Origin: Eledone cirrhosa
Lineage: Eukaryota
Direction: 5' to 3'
DNA length: 64,000 bases
Assembly (NCBI GenBank): GCA_964016885.1
Contig: OZ024742.1
Location: 295,368,001-295,432,000, forward strand
Below the pieces are notes generated by a model, which was not told where the DNA came from, ran no database searches, and saw only the letters and a program-made list of their open reading frames with translations. Numbering within the stretch: the stretch's first letter is position 1; each line of letters opens with the position of its first letter. Made by a program: the position numbers and the translations under genes. This document shows, piece by piece, positions 10,160-22,411 of the stretch.

Positions 10160-13100
10160 ATCATCATCATCATTTTACGTCTGCTTTTCCCTGCTTGCAA
10201 GGGTGGGACGAGTCTTATTCAGCACAGCATCTCTCCACTCGTCACGGTCCCTCGTCATCTCCACCGTGAGCTTCAATGATCTGAGGTCTGTTCTCACCAC
10301 CTCCGCCCATGTTTTTCGTGGTCTACCTCTACCACGTCTTCCTTCAACTGGCATTTCCTGGCACTTCTTCACCCATCGGTAATCCTCCATGCGCATCACA
10401 TGTCCATACCACCTCAGTCTCCTCTCCCGTACACTACATTATATCCCTCTCAGACACAGTTTCTCTCTCAACACATTTATGCTGGGTCGTTCACGCACAT
10501 TTACACTGCACATCCAACGGAGCATGCTTGCCTCATTTCTCTTCAGCCGTCGCATATCCTCTGCAGTTGCTGCCCATGTCTCACTACCATGCAGCATCGC
10601 GCTCCTCACACAGGCATCATACAACCGGCCTTTCGTACGCAGGGAGAAACCCTTCTTCGTCAACAGAGGAAGCAGCTCCCTAAACATCTTCCAACCCGTC
10701 CTTATTCTAGATACTATGGCCTCGGAACACCCTCCTCCCATGCTAATCTCATCTCCTAGGTACCGGAAGCTATCCACCACTTCTATAGCGCCCTCTTACA
10801 TTTGAAAAATGTGTCTATCAGTGGGACTTCTACGGTCTAATTTCCCTGTACATCTACTGCATACATATTTCTCCCGACCTGTTAGTTTGCCTGCTATCCC
10901 GCTACATCTCTTGTGTACCCAGGATCTGCATTGTGTGCATTTTATAGAATTTATGCCAGTTCCTTTTCTGCATATCGAACATGGCCATTTCCCTGATGGA
11001 ATCAGGGTTTTGTCCTCTTTTCTACTCATCAACACTTTTGTCTTAGCTAGATTCACTCTCAGCCCTCTTGCTTCCAACTGCTGTTTCCATAGCCAGAATT
11101 TATTCTCTAGCTCCTCACTGATTCTGCTATAAGAACCAGATCGTCAGCATAGAGAAGTTCCCATGGACAGCCAGTCTTAAACTCCTCTGTTATGGCTTGG
11201 AGGACTATAATGAACAAGAGCGGGCTGAGGACCGAACCCTGATGTACTCCTACTTGTATCTGGAATTCCTCACTAAACTTCATTCCTACACTGATTTTAC
11301 TGAGAGTACCTCTGTACAAAGTTTGCACTGTCCTCACAAGCCATTCCTCAACACCTAGCTTCCTTAGGGACCACCAGATGACAGATCGGGGTACCCTATC
11401 AAAGGCCTTCTCTAGGTCAACAAAGGCTAAGTATAGTGGCTTATTCTTCTCTAAGAACCTCTTTTGCATTTGTCTCACCAAGAAGAGGGCATCTGTTGTA
11501 CTCTTCCCAGGCACAAAACCAAACTGCATCTCATCTAGTTTGACCCTTTCTCTAATTAGTTGTGCTAAAATCCTTTCTGCCACTTTCATAACCCGATCTA
11601 TTAGTTTTATACCCCTATAATTGCTCCTCTCCAAAGCATCCCCTTTACCTTTGTAGCAATTTATGAGAATACTGCTGCACCAGTCTTTGGGTATGACACC
11701 ACCATATATAGCCTGATTGATGATGCGTGCAACCAGTTTAGTGCCTACGTCCCCTGATGCCTTCAGCATCTCAGCAACTATTCCCGATGGTCCAGCCGCC
11801 TTACCATTTTTCATTTCCTTAATCGCCTCTTGGACCCTATATTCGTCAATCTCAATAGCTGGTCCCTCTGTCGGATCTACCAAGGGTAATTTCTCTCTCT
11901 CCCATTCGTTCTCCACATTCATCAGTCTCTCATAATGACATTTCCAGGCCTCCTTTTTCTGATCATTCGTGACACTAAGTACACCGGCATCATCCCGGAC
12001 ACATTTATCTCCAACAACATCCTGATTTGCATTGACACACTGCCTTGCAAGGTGGAACACCGCACGCCTCTGATCTTCCCGTCGCAGAACATTGGCAAAC
12101 CTCCTACTCTCTGCCTCCCTGCGTGCTAAGTACACCTGACGTCTAGCTTCTCTCTTAGTGGCTGTATATTCTTCCCTACTCCCACCCTTTTTCCAAGCCT
12201 TCCATGCTAGTCTTTTGTCTCTAATAGCCTTATCTACTGTGCTGTTCCACCACCAGGTCACTCTCTGTCTGGTTGGAACTCTGCTCCAGCCACAGGTTTC
12301 ATCAGTAGTCTGCAGCAAGTTGTCACGTAAGAACTTCCAGTTATTATCTATGTCATACGTCTCTAAATCGTCTTCTTTTTCGTCATATACATCTTGAAGG
12401 GCTTTCCTAAATTTGTATTTTAGTGAAAGGTCTTTTAGCTTCCAGACCTTTCTTCTCCACACCTTCCTATATGTCTCATTCCATCTCTTGCTTACTGAGA
12501 TATCACTAACAATTAACCTATGCTGTGGGGTACATTCTTCCCCAGGGTATGCCTTGGTATTATACACTATCTGCCTGTCCCGCTGCCTAAATAGCAGGAA
12601 GTCAATCTGGCTTATGTGCTCACCAGATTTGTAGGTTATTAGGTGATTGGCAGGTTTCTGGAAGTTTGTGTTGCAAATAGTCAATGTACTCGCATCACAA
12701 AATTCAAGAAGTCTCACTCCTTCTTCATTTCTTGAACCGTAACCGTGCCCACCATGTACCCCAGTGTAACCATCCTGGAGCTGTCCAACATGACCATTGA
12801 AGTCTCCTGCTAGCATAACGATGTCTCCGTCCTCTGTCATTGTGGTTGTTTGCAAAAGTTGCTCATAAAAGCAGTCTTTCTCATCTTTGCCTAGGCTTGC
12901 TTGGGGAGCATAGACCGAGATGATTGTCAGTAGACTCCTACCTACAACTAATCTAAGCTTAATTATTCGATTACTAACTCGAACTACCTCTATTGTCTTA
13001 TTGATCCATTTCTCAGCCAGGAAAATGCCTACTCCCCCTAACCCATCATCCTTACCTACCCAGAATAGCTTATAGCTAAGACGCTTGCCTACGACTAGTC

Positions 13101-13412
13101 TCGCAGAGGCACCTCTCCATCTCACCTCTTGCACGCAGCACACATCCACCTGCCTTCTCTCCAGCATCTCCGCTATTTCAGCAGATCTACCTCTGAGAGT
13201 GCCAACATTAAGTGTTGCAACTCTGAGATGCGACGTCTTCATATTTTGTTGTTGTTCCTATTTGTTGCTGTGCTGATAAGCGTTTTGGCATTGATACACT
13301 GGTTGGATGCCCTTCCAAACACCAGCGCCACTTTACAGCATGGACTGGGTGCTTTTATTTGTGCCACCAGCACTAGAGAGGATGTCTTATTAGACTCAAG
13401 AGCCCTCTCTAC

Positions 13413-13415
<3 letters not shown>
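10160..13415 (-). mobile_element. Near full-length RTE-clade LINE (BovB-like)
   Basis: Short 5' UTR (13415-13243), single ORF with APE endonuclease (LNVGTL, QEVRW, GDFNGH, IDFLL) and RT (FVDLEKAFDRV, QGSVLSP, LYADD), (ATG)n tail at 10160-10173, flanked by (TA)n. Confidence 0.95.
10175..13242 (-). pseudogene. RTE endonuclease-reverse transcriptase polyprotein with PHD finger, disabled
   Basis: 711-aa ORF, then a 1-bp deletion near 11117 and nonsense codons at 10796 and 10439, judged against the sister copy at 55914-57067. Confidence 0.92.
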
Positions 13416-13459
<44 letters not shown>

Positions 13460-13996
13460 TAAATCCTTATCGAGCCTTCTTCGGATTTTAGTCTTCACAT
13501 TTATTATTACTATATATACATATATAATGTTAATAGGTTGATGAAATGCCAATACCATAAAGTGCTTCACGTAATATGTGGTACTGCAACATTGTGCCAC
13601 TCACTGTCCTACTCAATGCTACCTGGGGTTAATCAGTTGCTGAGTATATCTCTACAGAATTCGGTACTGGGGTGACAAAAAATGAACAAATTAATCAGGG
13701 TAATCAACAATAATTTAATATGATCAGTAACTTAACGACCATCAAATAAAGATATTAAAGTTATTGGTATATCCAAATCAATAATGGTCATCAACCTAGC
13801 TGTTGAAATGACAAGAGCTCAACTATCAGGATCCTGACTCATTCATATAACCATACTCTACTACCCCAAATATTGAGTACTCTGGTAAGTAATGGGGTCT
13901 AATCAGTTTCTAACTGAATCCATCCAGATTTACATACATGTACCTATCTATCTATCTATATATAGTAAAACAAAGACCAAAATCTTGAGATTATAT

Positions 13997-14038
<42 letters not shown>

Positions 14039-14040
14039 TT

Positions 14041-14085
<45 letters not shown>

Positions 14086-14121
14086 AAAGAATAGAGGTGT
14101 AACACACGAGTTGTGATATAT

Positions 14122-14671
14122 TGGTAAAAGGAAAAGAAAATGCTGACAAATTGTTCCCAGTGAGAAATAGTTTAATTAGGAATAAGTATAAATTAGTAAT
14201 AAGTATTGGTTAGTATTCAGTTTTAGTTTTAAGTTTTTACTGGTTGCGCATTTCTAATGCTTTTCAAAAATAATTTTGAGATAGAGCGCCCGTGATGTTT
14301 GCTCTAATCTGATTAGGTTTGGAAATTCTACCTGCTTTATGTGAAAAAAGTGGCTCCAGATGTATTAAAATAAGTTTCGCACCAATTCGTGTTGCAAAAA
14401 TTCTTGTGGTCAAAACAATTTTGATTGGTCGGTAGAGGTCATGTGAATGTTAAAAATTGATTTTGCGCCAAATGTAGGTTTGTCGAAGAGTGTCTTTTTT
14501 CGCCTGATTGAGAAGTCACTGAAAAATAAGTCTTTTAAGACAAATATGTGTGTGTGTGTGTGTGTGTGTGTGTAGTAAAGAGGTTCATTGTTGTGATAAT
14601 GGTCAGTAGGGATGTGTGTGTGAATTGCAGTCATGTTGAAAGGTCAACAGTTCAGGTGCCTATTAAGACAA

Positions 14672-14717
<46 letters not shown>

Positions 14718-15209
14718 CAGAGTAATTCGTGGTAGAGGGATCGGTCAGTAGGAATGTGTCTGCTGTACGTATGTGGGGGATATTTTAACATGTTGAAAGA
14801 TATTTTTCAGCTCTTGTCTTATATGGAGAAGTGTGTGTGTGTGTATATGTCTCTTTGTATGTTAGTGTACGCGTGTGTGTGTGTGTGTGTATATATATGT
14901 GTGTGTGTGTATATGTGTGTATGTGTGTGTGTGGGTGGACCAGTATTTTTGTGATACTGGTAAAAATGGTGTACATTATTCGATATTTTCAGCAAAAACG
15001 ATTCTCTCAAGAGAACATCAAAAACATTAATGTTATGCAGGGCGCTCTATCTCAAAATTATTTTTGAAAAGCATTAGAAATGCGCAACCGGTAAAAACTT
15101 AAAACTAAAACTGAATACTAACCAATACTTATTACTAATTTTTACTTATTCCTAATTAAACTATTTTTCACTGGGAACAATTTGTCAGCATTTTCTTTTC
15201 CTTTTACCA
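14122..15209. mobile_element. Element with ~170-bp inverted terminal arms, each carrying a variant hammerhead-like motif (Penelope-like)
   Basis: 14122-14291 is the reverse complement of 15040-15209; motif TTT-TTGAAAA-GCATT/AATGC-GCAA-CCGG-TA-AAA at 15061-15096. Confidence 0.7.
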
Positions 15210-15614
15210 TATATATATATATATATATATACATATATACATACATGTATATATACATATATATATACAATATTAAATACGTTTTTTACTTTAAATTTCA
15301 CATAGGTATTTATCTACTCTTAACCATCTATATTTGTATTTAGTTTTATTATAAATTACAGCCAGCTTCACTCTTTTATTCACTTTCTGTCTCCCCCACC
15401 CACTCCCTGCATAACATCACATAAACATTGTAAATATGATATCAATGTTTTTTAAATTTTATTTTTTAGGTTCATAAATAAGATTCTCATCACCTTATTG
15501 ATGACTAGCAATTAATAATTATCAATGTTTGATTTTAATAATTGGTAATTTATAGCTAATGATCAATAGTTAATAATTGAAAATTATTGATTATTAGCTA
15601 AGTGTAAGTCACTA

Positions 15615-16560
15615 TATCTGATTTTGTTGATCTGGAGAAGACCTTTGACAAAGAACCATGATCTGTCATCTGTTGGTCCTTAAGGAAACAAAGTGTAGAA
15701 GAATAGCTTGTAAGATGAGTGCAAGCCACGCACGAAGGAGCTATTAGTAAGGTGAGAGTAGGTAATGAGTTTAGTGAGGAATTCAAAGTGCAAGTAGGTG
15801 TTTGTCAGGGCTCATTCCTCAGCCCATGAACTGAAAGAGAAGCCTGGCATCAGGGTGGTCAGATGCAGTATGGAAGAGAGAAGATTGTGGTGGTATAGAT
15901 GCAGTGTTGAGGAGAGGAGATTGTGGTGGTGGTAGAAACATGTGATGCATATGGAGTATGGCAGCTGTATAAAAAGGTGCAGGGCACTCAAAGTCGATGA
16001 AAACTATGGAAGAAGATGACCTATGGAATCTTGGGATAAAGTGATAAAAACTGACCTGGCCCAATGAAACCTTACAAAGGAGATGACACAAGATTGAGAT
16101 CTCTGATGTCATGCTGTACTGGAGAAGACCCACCTTCCCATGTGCACAGAATGAGTCATTCATGTAGAGGATACTTGTCTGCAACAGTCTTCTCTTCATC
16201 TCTCCAGTTAAATATCCCATGCTTACTTGTCCTCCCTCCAAACCTTCACCCCTGATACATCTCTCCTACCCAACCAATGCATACCAGCATGAATGCTGGA
16301 CACATTGCATCTATTCTCCTACAATGCCATTGCCACAACAAAATCTCTAAGCTTATCCGGTATCACAACAACAAAAGCACTCAGTCCATCCTGTAAGATA
16401 ATCATGTAGGTGACACAACAAAAAAGTGCTCAGTCCACGCTGCAAGATGGTCATGCTGGTGACACAACAAAAAAGCACTCTGTCTACCCTGTTAAATGGT
16501 TGTTTTGGTGCCATGGTAAAAAGCACTCAGTCCACACTATAAGGTGGTTGGCATTAACCT
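15615..16560 (+). mobile_element. Degenerate RTE LINE fragments (RT and 3' region)
   Basis: FVDLEKTFDK..., QVGVCQGSFLSP remnants and RTE-type 3' module. Confidence 0.65.
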
Positions 16561-16976
16561 TAAAATTAATATTAAAACTCTATGTCGGTATTGAGTACTT
16601 TTTTCTCTCAGCCATCAACCACATATGAATATATATATATATATACACATGCATAACTACTATAATATATAAACAAAGAAATCAATGTTTGAATGTCCTC
16701 AAAAAGGATAATCGATGCTAAAAACACCTGCCTGCAAATATCACAGCATCTATTGAAAAATTTCAAAAACTTTGAAATCAAAATCTTTCACTTATTGGAA
16801 AAGTATTGATAAGAAAATCTATATTTCTAAAGTTTGAAAAATTCCCTGTGCATATGTTAAGAACAAAATGTGTAATATAGTTAAATAAAATATAACTATT
16901 TTTCCGTTCAAATAAATGCATTAAACATTCTTTATTCATGTTTTTTTGGAAAAAGAACTGCTAACACACACACGCA

Positions 16977-17037
<61 letters not shown>

Positions 17038-17250
17038 TGTTATACTCTGGGAGGGTCATGCTGCCAATAAAAACACACGCACCTGTTGATTTTCACTTCA
17101 ATTTATTATAAATTTCCGGCTGGCTGGTTGGTTCGATAACAAGATGGTTATTTATATATTGTCAAAGCTCTTTTGTCACGCATTCTGTGACCCCCTCAGG
17201 GACTAGGTTTTTATTAAAAAAAAGAAGTATATATATATATATATATATAT

Positions 17251-17763
17251 TGGGATCTCAGGAAGCTTAACTAAGAATGTAGGCTTCACATGTAGCAGCT
17301 GCGCTGGGACAGCAAGCAACAAACAGCCACAGGAAACAAGCATCACCAAACTCTGGGAGGGCTCTATAGAAACAGTAGACAGCTTCTGTTACCTAGGTGA
17401 CCGAATTAGAAGTTCAGGGAGCTACTGTCACTGTTAGCTGCAAAAGGCTTTTCCCTCAAAATGAAGGGCAGACTGTATAATGCGTGTATCCGAACAGCAA
17501 TGTTACTATGTAGTGAGACCTGGGCGCTGTCTGTGGAAGACTTGTGTAGATTAGAAAGAAACGAAGCCTGCATGCTCCGATGGATGTGTAATAGTAATAT
17601 ACATGAACGGCAAAGCATAAACGAATTGAGAGAGAGACCGAGCATAAGAGGAATCAAATGCTGTGTGCAGGAGAGGAGGTTGCGTTGGTATGGACATGTG
17701 ATGCGTATGAAGGATGACAGCTGCATAAAAAGGTGCAGAGCACTAGAAGTCGAGGGAAGCCGC
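17251..17763 (+). mobile_element. RTE LINE fragment (post-RT region)
   Basis: KGRLYNACIRTAMLLCSETW...RRLRWYGHVMRM, homologous to 23580-24140. Confidence 0.88.
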
Positions 17764-18031
17764 GGAGTGGAGCCCATCCTTTCCAGATCTGAACACAACT
17801 ATGCGGTGGGGGTGGCAGCAGCAGGAGTGGAGGTGGTGATGATGGGGTCATACAAAAGTGAGAATAAGCCAGTCCGAGCAATCCAAAAGCACTTCATGTT
17901 AGTAGTTTATCCCAGGTAAGAGTTGGTGATTATGAGTGATGGTGTATGTCTGCTGCCATCACTACAGGATAAGTTATACATGGCCAGCAGTATATCCCAA
18001 TGATTGCATAACTGCACCTATGATTGCGTAA

Positions 18032-18082
18032 GCATCTGATGAAGTCACATGAATAACTATGTAACAGAAATATATAGCATGC
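18032..18082 (+). ncRNA. Degenerate hammerhead-like motif
   Basis: GCAU-CUGAUGA-A-GUCACAU/AUGUAAC-A-GAAA-UAUAUA-GC-AUGC followed by AATAAA; U16.1 is not conserved. Confidence 0.4.
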
Positions 18083-18127
18083 AATAAACAATTATGGTGA
18101 AATAATCCCGTCTTAACTATTCTTCTT

Positions 18128-18172
<45 letters not shown>

Positions 18173-18232
18173 GCTGAAATCGAAAATGCAACTGGAGTCT
18201 TATTTTAAAAAAAATATATATATTTATTTGGT

Positions 18233-18272
18233 TCCTTTACCGGTTTCGCAGTTCCTCTGCTTTTCAAAAGTA
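18233..18272 (-). ncRNA. Minimal hammerhead with U3-A8 covariant core
   Basis: Minus strand: UACUU-UUGAAAA-GCAG-AGGAA-CUGC-GAAACCGGUA-AAGGA; palindromic stem III ACCGGU; lies between 25-bp inverted repeats (18168-18192, 18313-18337). Confidence 0.6.
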
Positions 18273-18401
18273 GAGTTGAGATGGAGGGTCTGTGGTTTTT
18301 CTCACATCAGATGTTGCATTTTCGATTTCAGCTTTTTTTCTTTACACTTTCACTTGTGTAGGACACCTCGGTTATTTTTCATTTTGTAAAAAAAACCTTA
18401 C

Positions 18402-18438
<37 letters not shown>

Positions 18439-19246
18439 TACTTATATTTATGGAAAGTGGTAGTGCTGATCCATGATAAAACGCACTCAGTATACTCTGT
18501 AGAGAGGTTGGTGTTACGAAGGGCATTCTTTAAGAGAAATCATACCCAAAATGGAATATATGCAAAGCACTGTCCTCCTCTTTGTGTAGTCTTCCATTTC
18601 AAGCATAGATAATTGTTTCTACTTTAGACACAAGGCTAGCAATTACCCAGTGCATTACTGGTACTTTATTTTATCGACCCCGTAAGGATGAAAGGCAAAT
18701 AATGATGATTATTTCCGATTTTTGTTAAATTTTAGTATAATTGTTTTTCATTTTCTTGATGGCTAGTTAGTTGATTAAATTGGTAACCTTTAGCAAGACC
18801 AAGCAAGTATGATGGTTGTATATTTATTGTTTGGTAGTTATTATTATTAAGTGCTCTGCAGAGTATGTATGGGTCCTTAACTCTTACTGGAGCCATAGGA
18901 GTAGAGCCCATCCCTTTCCAGATCTGAACACAACTATGCGGTGGGGGTGGCAGCAGCAGTAGTGGAGGTGGTGATAATGATGATGGGGTCATACAAAAGG
19001 CAGCTTTGCTAGGTACTGTGCACATTTTGAGGAAAGTATTATCTGTCTGAGGTCATTTGTTGTGACAGATGACTAAATACCCTGGTGCATTACCTATCTG
19101 TACTGCATGACAGAGCGATAATAATTGTTTCTACTTTTGACACAAGGCCAGCAATTATCCCAGTGTATTACTGGTACTTTATTTTATCGACCCCGTAAGG
19201 ATGAAAGGCAAAGTTAACCTTGGCGAGATTTGAGGTTAACTATAAT

Positions 19247-19458
19247 AATGGTTTGTTATATAGGCACAAGGCCAGCAATTTTGGGAGAGGGGAAAGTCAA
19301 TTAAATCGACCCCAGTGCATTACTGGTACTTTATTTTATCAATACTGTAAGGATGAAAGGCAAAGCTAACCTCAGCATGATTTGAACTCAGAATGTAAAG
19401 GCCCGTAACTCAATGCCTTGATGCAGGGTGTCCGACGCTCTCCCGATTCTACCAATCC

Positions 19459-19460
<2 letters not shown>
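19247..19460 (-). mobile_element. tRNA-derived SINE with Nin/Deu-like core; partial copies at 18610-18700 and 19122-19235
   Basis: B-box GAGTTCAAATC and core CTTTGCCTTTCATCCTTAC..GATAAAATAAAGTACCAG on minus. Confidence 0.75.
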
Positions 19461-19492
<32 letters not shown>

Positions 19493-20462
19493 TAAATTCA
19501 AGAGCAAATTGGAGATCAATAATTATTTCCTCATTGTGTACAACAAATTAGATTTATCCTCCCAAAATAAGATGAGACATACAGACTTATAAATTAAATG
19601 GAATTTAAACACAAAGTAATTATACTTAGACTAATTAAATGACAAATATTTTAATAGCAGCAAATCAGAGTAGCAACAATGGCCAAAAACGTAAAAAATT
19701 ACTAGCAGTTTTATAAAAATATACAACCCACCCCCTACAAAAAACCCCCCAAAACACACACACACAAAAAAACAACAACCCAAAGTAGAAATGTAGAAGA
19801 TTAAAAATAAATTGACTTGAACCAAACTATAAAGATGAAATCATTTATGACAACTGATTAGGAAGAAAATGAAAAAGAATATATGTCACATATGAAATAT
19901 TTTTTGACAGGTAACAAAACGGAAAAGTTTCATAAATATTAGAATTAGAGATAAAATATAAATAGAATATAAAATAACTTGAGAACTAAAGTAAATAAAG
20001 GGATAATATCAAAGAGAAATAAATATGAACTTAGACAACAAACTGGTTTCTTCTTTATTTCAAGTTAATAAAATGTCAAAGGCAAACAAATGAATGAATT
20101 TTTGCAGTAGTTTAGGTTATAGATTCATAGTGTGGGTGTGTGTATATATATATATATATTCCTCCCGTTAGACCTGTACGGAATTCCTTCCTTGCTCACA
20201 TTCCAACCAGGTTTGATGGTTTTTATTCTCTCTCGTTCACGATTTCACCGAACTTATATTCATGGAAATTTGGGACTTGACTCTTTCTTCCTCACTTTTC
20301 GTTGCTTCACCATCTTTGTTTGTTTACACTCTCGTGTCCCCTTTATTTACGTGTCCCAACGACTTTTTTTAGCCGTTGCTTGCACCAACCGGAGGTATAT
20401 GGTCTTTAAAGCGATGAAATACCAATGATGGTTGGAAGATCACTGATGAAGGACTAACTTTA

Positions 20463-20531
<69 letters not shown>

Positions 20532-20714
20532 TGCCCCCTCGTTGTCGAGTATGGCCATTGCATGAGAGAAAAAAAAAATATATATATAAATAAATAAAAT
20601 AAAAATAAAAATATTAATAGATAAATAAAAAAAAAGAAAGAAATATATATATATATACACACACATACATATACATATATACACATACATATATATACAC
20701 ACACACATATACAT

Positions 20715-21840
20715 TAATAATAATAATAATAATGATTTCATTTATTAGCCACAAGGGCCGACATGTAGGGGACAATACAAAGACAGAGACAGTGGGGGTT
20801 TACAATAAGGTCGAGTAAAAGTGCACAATGGCAAGACTAATTTAACAATGAAAATATAAAAATACAAAATAAACTATGCATAAATATAACAAAATAAATT
20901 CCCCGATAGGGCATGGTCGACCCTGGGGTGACTCGGGTACCCCACCAATCCTGAACCACCCTGCGCTTCTAGGGCACCCAGGGAGAGCACCCCTCTCCTC
21001 AAGTTAGCTAGCCTATAGGTGCATGGTCAGAGTAGGCCCATTCACACGAGCCATTCTCGCCACATTCACCCACCTTTTAGTAAATGTACTGGGGGGCAGC
21101 ACTGCTCTCTCCACCCTCACCTTCCTTTCCAGGTGAAACTTGAAGAAGTTGATGATGGATTGGCCGAAGAGAAAAGTGTCTGTCTTTAGTCCTTTCAACC
21201 TGGTCCACCATATAATCTCTTTCGCAACTGCCACCAGACAGAGGAAAATTTCCTGCTCTTCCTGACCTAAGGAAGGCGGTGGATCGATCTTCACTATGGA
21301 CTCGGTCAATAGCCGGATTCGTTCCACACGCGACAGTAGCTGTTCGACATAACTCCACAAGTCAGTAATGCACGGACATTGGACAAGTGCGTGCAGAACG
21401 GTTTCGTCGTTCTGTGCGCATCTTGGGCAGGTCCGTCTGACAGCACTTCCGTGCCTGTAGAGTTTATCCCGAACCGGCAGTGCCCCCCGATAGCACTGCC
21501 AAGCGAGGGATTTCTGGAAATTGTCCATCGTCCCCGGCTCAAAAGTCCTCCGGTACAGACTGGTCAGTTCGACTTCGTCGAGGCCCAAAGCTTCTCCGAG
21601 TGCGTCATCACACTTGTCCACCACTAATCCTCTATAGAACTCGAGAGTGGAAGTTCCACTGATCACATTGCCCGCTTGGTAGAGGGCAGTGAGTGCCTGG
21701 CAACATTCCAGGTGCCAGTCACCCAGTCTCGGTCTCTTCTTGACCCAGGACTGCAGCTCAGTCAAAGAAATGAGCTGCGGAAAGGCCCGTCTGATAAACG
21801 GCGACCACACCTGTTCACCGTTGAGGCAGAATATCTGGAG
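20715..21840 (-). mobile_element. 5'-truncated L1/Tx1-clade LINE
   Basis: 265-aa ORF 21810-21013 with zf-RVT-type motif (W...GALPVRDKL...CPRC....ETVLHALVQC), 3' UTR with AATAAA and (ATT)n tail. Confidence 0.85.
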
Positions 21841-22390
21841 ATAATAATAATGATACTATTTATAGTTATGTATATACTATAAACAACTATAAACAGGAAA
21901 GGTCAGTAATTTATTACTACCTTATTAACTGCTCCATACTGTTGAGCTAACATACATTAAATTACCAGCATGCTAATCAAAGATTACCTTCTTCTGTCTA
22001 CTAAGAACATACCAATACCATCCAGAGATACATATGAAAAATTATTGATTAATAGTGTCAACTCTTTTACGAAACTGTTGCTCACAACATCAATATATAT
22101 GTATCTATATGATTGTTTAGTTGAATAGGAGGTTAATTATATGTACAAACATTGCTAATGCTCCGATGACTCCAAACGTAAATTTGGAAGAAACGATTGT
22201 CAGCAATAAAATGATTTGAACATAACTTTGATAATTGTGTAATTTATATTCCTGCTCTGTAAAACACCTGATGTTCTTACATTGAGCTATTTCTCTTACT
22301 GGTAATAAGGTAGTAATAAATTACTGACCTTTCCTGTTTATAGTTGTTTATAGTATATACATAACTATAAATATTATTATTATTATTATT
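21841..22390 (+). mobile_element. Penelope-like remnant with ~85-bp inverted arms, ORF N-terminus and hammerhead
   Basis: 21841-21927 is the reverse complement of 22303-22390; short ORF from 21970 contains STKNIPIPSRDTYEKLLINSVNSF, resembling a PLE ORF start (from memory). Confidence 0.7.
22159..22205 (+). ncRNA. Minimal type I hammerhead motif (U4C)
   Basis: UGCU-CCGAUGA-C-UCCAAA/UUUGGA-A-GAAA-C-GAUU-G-UC-AGCA followed by ATAAAA; GUC cleavage triplet. Confidence 0.65.
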
Positions 22391-22411
22391 ACATGTATAT
22401 ATATATATATA

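Noticed and set aside
11378-12634. Plus-strand ORFs over the RTE (likewise antisense ORFs over other LINEs and transposases)
   Set aside because: Antisense shadows of the real reading frames.
17161-17203. Minus-strand CUGAGGG-GUCAC/GUGAC-AAAA hammerhead-like trace
   Set aside because: At least two core positions are wrong; may be a relic but cannot be supported.
20440-20467. CTGATGA at the end of a pLTR-like block
   Set aside because: Truncated by (TA)n; no GAAA half visible.
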